DNA of 64,000 nt from Eledone cirrhosa. Its lineage: Eukaryota. The DNA lies in assembly GCA_964016885.1 (NCBI GenBank), contig OZ024740.1, positions 410,068,001 through 410,132,000 on the forward strand. Reading direction: 5' to 3'. The notes beneath the pieces are model-generated. The model was not told the origin of the DNA and ran no database searches. It saw nothing but the letters and a program-made list of their open reading frames with translations. The translations under genes were made by a program, and so were the position numbers. Position 1 is the stretch's first letter. Each line of letters opens with the position of its first letter. Of the stretch, positions 53,235 to 64,000 are shown in pieces.

Positions 53235-54209
53235 TGGTGGCTGCCAACTCGTTTTAGAGTACGGCCACTACTTTATATCCATGTAGGAGAACCCCTACCG
53301 ATGCGCTGAACGAGTGTGACTTTTTAGTCCAGCCAGCGACTTGAAAACTCTGGTACAAACACTACACTTGTGACAATTATTGACACATAGTGCTGGGCCC
53401 ATGGTACCATGTGACGACAAGTGCAGGGAGATCTCCAGATATAAAGCAATGCCTGTGCCGTGAAGCTTTTATAGTGAGCAAAGGCACTGCACAAAGCCAG
53501 TCCCACTCTCTTAACCAAGATGATATTTACCAAAAAGAAGAACAAGTCAACATCATTGGATACCATCAGGGTTGCAGGTGTTATATCAGAGTTTTGCTTC
53601 TCCTAGAATTCTGCCTTGACAAAGGCTAAGGGGTCATCTCTCCTGGTGACAAAGGCTAAGGGGTCATCTCTCCATACATACATACATACATACGTACATA
53701 CATAAGTACATACGTACTTACATACATACTTGGTGGCTGCCAACTCGTTTTCGAGTACGGCCACTACTTTATATCCATGTAGGAGAACCCCCACCGATGC
53801 GCTGAACGAGTGTGACTTCTTAGTCCAGCCAGCGACTTGAAAACTTTGGTACAAACACTACACTTGTGACAATTATTGACACATAGTGCTGGGCCCATGG
53901 TACCATATGACGTCAACATCATTGGATACCATCAGGGTTGCAGGTGCTATATCAGAGTTTTCCTTCTCCTAGAATTCTGCCCTGACAAAGGCTAAGGGGT
54001 CATCTCTCCCGGTGATTTTGGATGGCCATTGACTCTTAAGAGCTCCTTTGCCCTTTGACAGGTTTTGTTTTTATTCCTGCAGGATGTCCAAAGTCACCCT
54101 CCTCACCAAGAAACCTTGGTGAGGTTGCCAGTTTAGTCGCCTACGACCCGACCACGAGTCAGGTTGTACTGGGATACATGTTTCCAGTAGCACCAACTGG
54201 TGACCTGAC
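53235..54209 (-). mobile_element. Two copies of the non-autonomous RTE derivative (53235-53672 5'-truncated; 53730-54209 internally deleted)
   Basis: Reverse complement of 51424-52018; tails read (CATA)n on the plus strand. Confidence 0.85.
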
Positions 54210-54244
54210 ATAAGATACTTACATACATACATACTTACATACAT

Positions 54245-57200
54245 ATAATGGCGACCGTTGTGGTCAGTGTCCGATAATCGGACGTGTGTACTTACGGCTT
54301 ATATGAAGGCAACATACCATATATTGGAAAAAGTTGAGCTACATTACGCGGTAAGATTACATACAATAATTCTACATAAGTGTTTGAACTGTAAGTGTGT
54401 TGTAAAACACCTATTTATATGAACAATACATACACTTATGATATATGAACGATACATACACTTTAACATATAAATGCAACGTTGTTATATTACATTTATA
54501 AAGAAATATACAAGTAACGTTTTCGATTCAGAAACAAAAACATAAGTGTTTGAACTGCGAATATGTTGTGAATAAGTTGTAGAACACCTATTTATATGAA
54601 TGATACATAAACTTTAACATATAGATACAGCGTTGTTATATTATATTACATTCATAAAGAAATATACTAAGTAACGGTTCTTTTTGTTCTCGATTCAAAC
54701 GATTCAAGAACAACGTTTAAAACACAGTTGTAGAATTAAAAACTAACTGAAAAGAAATATTACCCAAGCTGTGAATAACTTTAAATTTGATTCTGACAGA
54801 ACTTTGTCGAAACTTTTAAAGAAGATCATCGATTATTTTGAAAAATAAATACGAAATATTAGTGAATAGACGAACTCATCATGGCAAAAAGTACAAGTCT
54901 CCTTCGACCAAATCGCGACTACAACCGCTGTAGAGCTACGAGCTTAACAAGGTATTATATGAAGCATACAAACAATCTGAACCCCAAAAGTTCGGTTTTA
55001 TGCAAAGGCTAAAAACTTTATGGAACTCCAAACACCCAGAATTAGACTTTTCTCCAAAGCATTTAAATGAACAGGCAAAACGTATCATTAGATGTAAATT
55101 GATACATCTAACGGAATTGAGTGATACTACAAATACAGCCCTTGTAGACAACCACCCCACCTCCACTGACAGACAAAGAGGATGGTCAGCTAAATCTAAC
55201 AGTGAACAGCTCACCAACAATTTTGCTGAAATCCATCCCACTTCCACTGAAGAACAGCGAGAAAGGTCAGCTAACTCTAGTAGTAATTGTCACCACATCA
55301 ACAATGAGGCTGAAATTCATGACTCTACTGAACAAACAGAGCACCAAAAACTTGTGGACACCCTACAAGTGATATGGAACGATATGTTTCAAGAGATACA
55401 CAGCCTTAATGTGAGTGACAGACCATACAACACTAGAATCAGTAAAGAACCCACTAAATTGGAATTGGAAGCGGTGAACGAAATAGTTGGCAATTATCTG
55501 AAGGCTATACGATCTAAAGGTGTAGAAACGACATTTGAAACGCTTAATGTTTTGTTATATGTTTCAGCTGTCACATTGCTATCATATAACACACATCTAA
55601 AACCACGCAATCAAGATACAAACAGAAAGCCTGAACCAGCGTGGATGCGAAATTTAAAAACCAAAATTTTGTCCCTTAGACGAAGTATCTCATACATCGC
55701 AGTCGTTATGAAATACAACATAGAGAGCAACTTCACACGACACCAGGAAAACCTAAAGAAAAAGTTAGAGAGACGATTTGGAGATACAAAATTTAAAACT
55801 TTGAACTCCAAATTACACCAGTTGAAACAACAACTCACAGCTACAACAGAAATACTAACATATAAGTCAATAAGACATAAACGACAAGTGCTAAATAGAT
55901 TGTTTGCCAGAGATCCTAAATCAGTTTATGGCAGCTTCGGTGGCAAAAGCTCAATCCCTGTAAACGACACCCCTTCAAAAGAACAGGTTGAGGGCTACTG
56001 GAGATCTGTATGGGAAACGGATGACGGATTCAACAGACAAGCTAATTGGCTAAAAGAACTGGAACAGGACTACTGCCAACATGTCCAGACAAAACAATAT
56101 GACATAGATGAGTCAATACTGGAAACAGCTCTACAGAAAATGTCGAATAGGAAATCGCCTGGCCCAGACCTCATTACAGGATACTTTCTATCGGCAAGAT
56201 CTCATGCGGCTGTTTACAGAAACCATTAAAGGCACACAAGAACTGCCCAGATGGTTATCAACTGCCACTACTCTTCTCATTCCCAAAAATAGCCAAACCA
56301 CCCTTGCTAAAAATTACCGCCCGATTTCCTGCCAAAACATCATGTATAAATTATATACTGGGTGCCTTAACCTGTTCTTACAGGATCACTGTGCTACCAA
56401 CAACATCATAACACCTGAGCAAGCTGGTGGAAAGAGGGAGGTGTGGGGTTGCATAGATCACCTACTAACTAACAAAATGATTCAGGAAAAAACAACAAAG
56501 AATCGCAGAAACATGACTGTGGTGTGGCTGGACTATCAAAAAGCATTTGATAGTGTACCTCATGGGTGGATTATTAAGGATTTACAGTTAGCTAAAGTCC
56601 CACAACCATTGGTAGCTGCTGTTGAACGCCTGACCAAGAACTGGTACACCAATTTGATCCTTAGAGGTGAGAAGGAGCAGGTTAAGACTGATAAGATACA
56701 TTACCAGAAGGGCATCTTTCAGGGTGATAGCTTGTCAGTGCTACTCTTCGTTCTCTCACTGAATCCACTATCTATCTTACCTACTCAGGAAACAAGGTGG
56801 ACAAAGAAGTGGGCCCAGAAGTATCTCCCATCTTTTCTTTGTTGATGACCTGAAGTTGTATGGGCCAAATATCAATGACATCAAGAAACAATTGGACCTC
56901 ATTACACAATTTTCAACCGACATCAAAATGAAATTTGGTGAGTCCAAGTGTGCATATTTGGCAGTAAAACGTGGAAGAGCTGTGCCCTTCTCTAGAAATC
57001 TAGAGATGAACGGCCTGACAATACAACCTCTGCAGTCAGGTGACAACTACAGATATCTTGGACAGGATGAGAATGTCAGCTATGATGGACCCATAAATAA
57101 GGACAGAACCAGAACTGAATACATCAGAAGAGTAAAGAAAATATGGTCATCAGAACTGTCAGCGTACAACAAATACATTGCCAACAATACTTATGCTGTG

Positions 57201-58451
57201 CCAATTCTAACGCCAACATTTGGCCTGCTGAACTGGTCATTGCAAGAACTAAGTGAGATGGATTTTAGAACTCGAAAACTTCTCAGTGTTACTGGGAACT
57301 TTAACATCAATGGTGATGTGGATAGGCTATACTTCTCACGCAAGGAAGGTGGCCGGGGTCTAAAATCAATATTAACAACATATGAGACCCTGATAGTAAC
57401 ACTGAAGCAACACCTTCAACAGAGGAAAAAGGTTGGCAACCATCTTGCCCAGGTTTATGAGGATGAAAAAAAAATATCATTAGAATAGCGACTGATCTGG
57501 AGGAGAGATATGGAATAAAGCCTGATATAAATCTCCCACCCAGAGAAATCGGAAGATCCTACTCAATGTTCAAACAAGATAAAAAAATTGACCAATTTAC
57601 AGAAAAAGTTGTGCATGGATACTTGAGGCGTAAAACACAGACCATAGAGGGGATAAACCACTCAAAAAGCCTGGCATGGAGTTCCGACAAGTTTATGACA
57701 TCACACCTTGAGGGATATCTCTATGCAATACAGGAATAAGAACTCCCTACCAAATATCTGCTGCACAAAAGAGGAGGGCCAGCAGCTGACAATAAATGTA
57801 GGCTATGTAAAACAAAGATCGAGGATGTAAGCCACATTGTTTCCAGCTGCGCAAGAATGTCATCTCGCTACTACCTCCCCATGAGACACGATGGGATAGC
57901 TAGAACTATCTGGAACGCACTTCGGAAAACAAAATTAACAACAAACGAGGAAGAATATATTGAGACAGATGGCACTAAGGAATACTGGTGGAACCTGAAA
58001 ATAAAAACTGCCACCAAATTAAAGCACAACCGGCCTGATATTGTTGTTTGGGACCACACATTGAAAACGTGTTCTGTTGTGGAGATCAGCTGCTCACTTG
58101 ATGTAAACGTTGTCAGAAAAATACAGGAGAAGGAGGACATCTACGGACCATTGATGAAGAGTTTACAAATCCAGTATCCAAGATACACCTTTAGCTTCAT
58201 ACCCATCATTATTGGAGCTACAGGTTATATACCAACCCGCTTGGACCAAAGTATGACTGAACTTGGATTTGCGGACAAAAAGCGCAGCTCCCTAATTCAT
58301 AGTCTACAAATGGCTGCGATAGCTGGCACCTTCAAAATTTGTAAAACATTCTTGCGATTCAAAGGATGACAATTTCTTTTCTTTTACAACCTTGCCACCA
58401 GGAAGGTGGCCGGTGAAAAAAAATATACTCGAAATTAAGAGAAAGAGATAA
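54245..58451 (+). mobile_element. Near-full-length R4/Dong-like RLE retrotransposon, second family, frameshifted
   Basis: Coding ~54881-58369: KSPGPD, NYRPISC, WLDYQKAFDSV, IFQGDSLS, FVDDLKLY, CRLC..HIVSSC, RHD, RPDIVVWD..VVEISC..KEDIY; (CATA)n both sides; ~165-bp tandem duplication in 5' UTR (54373-54700). Confidence 0.93.
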
Positions 58452-58851
58452 CATACATACATACGTACATACGTACTTACATACGTACTTACATACATAC
58501 ATACATATGCACATACAAAACCAAACAAGTAAACAGAAGCACATAACACCATATTATTCTATTTATATGTAAAACTAGCTACCATTTTCTTACCGGAAAT
58601 AGCTTTCTCTTCTTTTACTTCTCAGACAATTAGTTAGTCATATTTGTCTAATTGATGTTTTATTTTATTACTTCCTTATCAATAACTGTAAAAAGTGTCG
58701 TTGTTAATTAGAAAACCTACCAAGTGAGACAACTACACTGTTTGCGAGAAAGTTAAAAAATTAGGTCAACGCTGTTTACTAGCATGCATCTCTTGAATGA
58801 CATGAAATTCCCTGCGGTATTCAGTTACGTATGTTTTCATTGTGTATTTAA

Positions 58852-59135
58852 ATAATTGTTTCTACGTTTGGCACAAGGCCAGCAATCATCCAGTACATTA
58901 CTGGTACTCTATTTTATCGACCCCGTAAGGATGAAAGGCAAAGTTAACCTCGGCGGGATTTGAACTCAGACTGTAAAGGGATGTAACTATGCTAGAAAGC
59001 ATGGCGTCCAACCCTCTACCGATACTGCCAATTCACCGCCTGTGTATTTAAATATTTAAATAATTGTTTCTACATTAGGCACAAGGCCAGCAATTACCCA
59101 GTGCATTACTGGTACTTTATTTTATCTACCCCGTA
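58852..59135 (-). mobile_element. SINE family 1, one full and one partial copy
   Basis: Reverse complement of consensus. Confidence 0.8.
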
Positions 59136-59472
59136 AATACCACCAGTGTCTACTTTGCCATTGATTATCCGCCTCTGAACTTGATGAAATAAGATAAGCT
59201 ATGTACTGAGGTCGATTCACTCAACTATCTCTCTCCTTTATAAATGGTTGCTCTTGTGCTAAAGTTATAAATGGATAGTAGTATTGTATATGAATATTAA
59301 TAGTATACCTTTATAGATAAGGTGTAGAATTATCCCCCGAACCATAAGTTTTCTTTTCTTCGGTGCCACTGTATAAGGCAAAACACTTGACATTCAAATG
59401 ATCTAATGTAGTGCATCACGTACGTAGATGCCATAACTTAAGTGTCAAGACTTAGGTATACTTGCATATCTT

Positions 59473-59625
59473 TGTGAAGGCGCATGGCTTAGTGGTTAGA
59501 GCATTGGGCTTGCAATCGAAAGGTTGTGAGTTTAATTCTCGGACCGGGTGATGTGTTGTTTCCTTGAGCAAGAGACTTTATTTCACATTGCTCCAGTTTA
59601 CTCAGCTGTAGAAATGAGATGATAG
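59473..59625 (+). mobile_element. SINE family 3, 5' part
   Basis: GTGAAGGCGCATGGCTTAGTGGTTAGAG A box; TGCTCCAGTTTACTCAGCTG. Confidence 0.7.
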
Positions 59626-59639
59626 GACTGGGGTCCCTA

Positions 59640-61787
59640 TCTTTAAAATTACCCAAGACATCTCCAACGAGATATACCTTAGAGGAGGCCAGCTAAACCT
59701 GCATAGGTGTGAGCTGTCACACTCACATACTTTGCCATGACATATGAATAACATTCCTCCATTAAACAGCGTGAGCCTTGTATAAAATGGTAGACTTATT
59801 GCGTCACCCCGATTAACACCACTACCTAACTATTCACCTCCATTAGTAGAATCCATTCTATTTAAGCATTCGTAACAGGTCTAAAGTTTGAAAATATCTC
59901 ATGAGTTGTTATTTTCTATCCTTTCTACCTAGTCTTGAAGGTCTTACATAACGATCAGGGGTGCTACTCTTTCTCCTTGAAGTCACGAAAAATATAAAAA
60001 ATAACTAGGAGTGTTTCGTTAGCGTGAAGTAAACGAATCAATGTCACTTGGAGAAGTGGGGTTTTACTCTGTTGAAACGCCCTCAAGAAATACAGGGCCA
60101 TGGGATATATTTTCAATTTCCACAACTATCTTAGTTAGTTAGTAAATATACAATTTAATACGGATTCATTATTTTGAGAATGTTAGAAAAATACGTCCAT
60201 TTTAGTAATTGTGTTAAATTTCTCGCGTGTCTATGACTATCATTCGATTGCATAATGATACAGGACAATGTGAATGTTCAAATTGATGTCAAGATTTTAA
60301 AGATACTTAATCTGTGGATTTAATAAATTGAATCCTCCAAAAATTTCATTTGTTTATGGTCTAATAGAATCCGAGCTGGATTTCTTCGGATAGAAGTTAG
60401 ACGGTGATTTGGTCCTGAGTTTTGATAGTGACCATTTCTCTTGATCTATATAATTGCGAAAGGCTTACACAAAGTGCCATTTCATTATCTTCAGAAATTA
60501 GTAATATATATATGATCTGTTGATTCTGAGTCGTCAAGCAACTGGCTCTATTATACTAGTGTACGGGATAAATAAATATTTATTCTTATTATTTACTCGC
60601 CGAGGCGAGCTTTGCCTTTCATCATTACGTGGTCGATAACATAAAGCACCAGGAACGTACTGGAGTCGATTTAGTCGACTTTACACATACCCCAAAAATC
60701 GTTGGCCTTGTGCCAATATCAGAAACCATTATTTATAACATGGCAGTATCGGTAGACGGTCGGACGCCATGCTTTGCAGCATAGAGTTACGCCCCTTTAT
60801 GATCTGAGTTCAAATCCCGCCGAGGTTAACTTTGCCTTTCGTCCTTACGGGGTCGATAAAATAAAGTACCAGTAATACACTGGGATAATTGTTGGCCTTG
60901 TGCCAAAAGTAGAAACAATTATTTATAACAGATAATCGTCATGTTTAATGAAGGGTAACACTCAGATACGTTAAACTTTAGTATTATCACAAACTAGTAT
61001 TATCACAAATCAGTATTCTCACTGACCAATTAATTGCTTTCGATGAATGAAGGTAGAATTGGTTGTTGAAATAAATAAATCAGTCTCTTTATTATGGAAG
61101 CTTGATGGGTATTTGATGGTGTAAAATTAGATTTCTGTGGTGGAAATAATTGACTTTGAAACATCGTTGAATGTCTAATTACTGCAGAGTCTACAACTTT
61201 GGATCCTAATTTCCATTTACCAAGTTCCTACACAGCTGCTCATTTAAAGAAGAATCTTGAAAAAAATCTCGATCTAATAACATTATATAGAATACAAAAT
61301 ATGCAAAATGAGTAAATAAATAAGAGAGTTGAGGTAGAACCAGTTTATGTGTTCGTGGGATCAAATCAGATGCATATGTTTCAATGTGTTACTCCTGCAC
61401 ATGTCTCACGATGGTAACACTACGTCTCTCCATCCACCTAGATTTGACAAATTGTTAGCAATTCGGTGAAAATCCTCAGTTTCATGTATACTTGAAACTG
61501 GCACTAGAAAATGTCCTCCTTAGAAATTCTCATAGCTGCTTCTTTGATTACATCACCAAGAGATGGTTTATAATCTCCAGCATATATAATTCCTTAAATG
61601 ATTTCTGATTATGTGTAGGTTAAATAGTCTGTTTAAGTGAAGGGCAAACGAAATTTAAAACAGCTAATAGAGTATTCCATTCAGAAAACCTATACTACTT
61701 TAAATATTTGCTCATTACATCCCAGCTTTACACGAGAAGCTCAACATTATCAGATGTATATCCCGATGTGTCCTTTATAAATTGTTT
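59640..61787 (-). pseudogene. Highly decayed LINE ORF2-like sequence, interrupted by SINEs at 60598-60922
   Basis: Scattered remnants only (QGERVAPL near 59960-59980, FLEAF-like near 60070-60095, SGP near 60410-60420) in RT order. Confidence 0.4.
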
Positions 61788-62358
<571 letters not shown>

Positions 62359-62689
62359 AATAATACAACATTCAGATATATTTGAAATATAAATCTTTGT
62401 ATTACGGGAAAACTTAAGGGCACACATACATACACACATACACATACATACACACATACACATACATACACACACATACATACATACATACATACACATA
62501 CACATACACATACACATGTATTATACATATATGATATAATATAATATATACAATGTACTATATATAATAAAAAGTAAAATGATCTCATTTCCTTATATCT
62601 TCTCGGCGATTGACTATGAAGTACGAAATTATTTTCAAACATAGACATCCTAGCCATTTTGTTAAGTAGTACTTTAACTAATACAGTTA

Positions 62690-62927
62690 ATGTTTTAATG
62701 AAATCATGTTTTAATGAAATCATGTTTTAATGAAATCATGTTTTAATGAAATCATGTTTTAATGAAATCATGTTTTAATGAAATCATGTTTTAATGAAAT
62801 CATGTTTTAATGAAATCATGTTTTAATGAAATCATGTTTTAATGAAATCATGTTTTAATGAAATCATGTTTTAATGAAATCATGTTTTAATGAAATCATG
62901 TTTTAATGAAATCATGTTTTAATGAAA
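62690..62927 (+). repeat. 16-bp perfect minisatellite ATGTTTTAATGAAATC, ~14-15 copies
   Basis: Direct reading. Confidence 0.95.
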
Positions 62928-62998
62928 TAAATTATATTTCTCCCGTATTTCCTTACACTAATCTAAAAATGTCTCTACCATTATTACATTATACATAG

Positions 62999-63360
62999 AG
63001 GGCGGTGGATTGGCAGTATTGGTAGAGAGTCGGACGCCATGCTTTGACGTATAGAGTTACGGCCCTTGCCATTCTGAGTTCAAATCCCGCCAAGGTTTAC
63101 GGCGTCGATAAAATAAAGTACCAGTAATGCACTGGGTAATTGCTGGCCTTGTGCCTAACGTAGAAACAATTATTACATTATACATATGCATAGAATTACG
63201 GCCCTTTACGTTCTGATTCAAATTCCACCGAGGTTAGCTTTGCCTTTCATCTTTACGGGATCAATGAAATAAAGCATCAGTTATTCACTGGGGTCGATTT
63301 AATCGACCTTCTTTTCCCCTCCAAATTGCTGGCCTTGTGCCTATAGCAGAAACAATTATT
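62999..63360 (+). mobile_element. Two SINE family 1 copies
   Basis: GGCGGTGGATTGGCAGTATTGGTAGAG, GAGTTCAAATCCC, core domain. Confidence 0.8.
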
Positions 63361-63777
63361 ACACTATACATAAAACAAAGGGTACTAAGGTTTGCCAATA
63401 AAGTTGTAAATATTTTAACATCAGAAAGGAAGAACATGATCCAATGCATACATTTGAAATAAATTTCCTTGCTGCCTACTTATGTTCAGATGATGACTGA
63501 CAAAAGTCGGAAAGACGGTGAACATCTTGAGGAGGGAGTCCCGTGAGGTGGAGTGGCTGTTGCAGTGTTAGAGTGGTGTTTTTGGCCATTCTCCACGGTA
63601 ATGATTCATCATTTTGTCCACGGGGCGCAGCTGAGGCACCGTACAGACCGTGGTGTAGTGTCTGTTCTCCCTCTCCCTTCCTTTCATTGCTTGATCCCTT
63701 TTTTCTTCTTTTTTTTCTTTTTCTTCTTCCTTGTTTTGTTCTCTCTAATAGTGTTTTGTTTTTATTAGATACTGCTC

Positions 63778-63958
63778 AATAATTGTTTCTACTTTTGGCA
63801 CAAGGCCAGCAATTACTCAGTGCATTACTGGTACTTTATTTTATCGACCCCGTAAGGATGAGAGGCAAAGTTAACCTCGGTGGGATTTGAACTCAGAATG
63901 GCAAGGGCCGTAACTCTATGCGTCAAAGCATGGTGTCCGTCCCTCTGCCGCTACTGCT
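63778..63958 (-). mobile_element. SINE family 1
   Basis: Reverse complement of consensus. Confidence 0.8.
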
Positions 63959-64000
63959 CAAAAATGTTTATATAATATCAATGGTTATTCATGATATTGT

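Overview
AT-rich eukaryotic, repeat-saturated DNA with no recognisable host gene. The SINE families and microsatellite load suggest an octopus/cephalopod (inference). Most long ORFs in the track are microsatellite translations. 5-29 kb is a nest of Penelope-like elements (PLEs; Neptune- and Naiad-like GIY-YIG/RT) in (TA)n. Two of them show the inverted-5'-pLTR architecture with kilobase microsatellite-laden 3' UTRs, and there are about ten minimal type I hammerhead ribozyme motifs from several families. The same zone holds a 4.6-kb 26-bp satellite, a TA-flanked TIR element, a 624-bp tandem repeat and several fold-back palindromes. 42-58 kb is a tetranucleotide hub: a nearly intact Tx1/L1 ORF2 in (TATC)n, bipartite non-autonomous RTE derivatives with (TATG)n tails, and two near-full-length R4/Dong-like RLE retrotransposons in (CATA)n, always antisense to the RTE pieces. 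tRNA-derived SINEs, a CR1 3' end, a tiny hAT MITE and decayed LINEs fill the rest. Coordinates were read by eye and may be off by a few bases.
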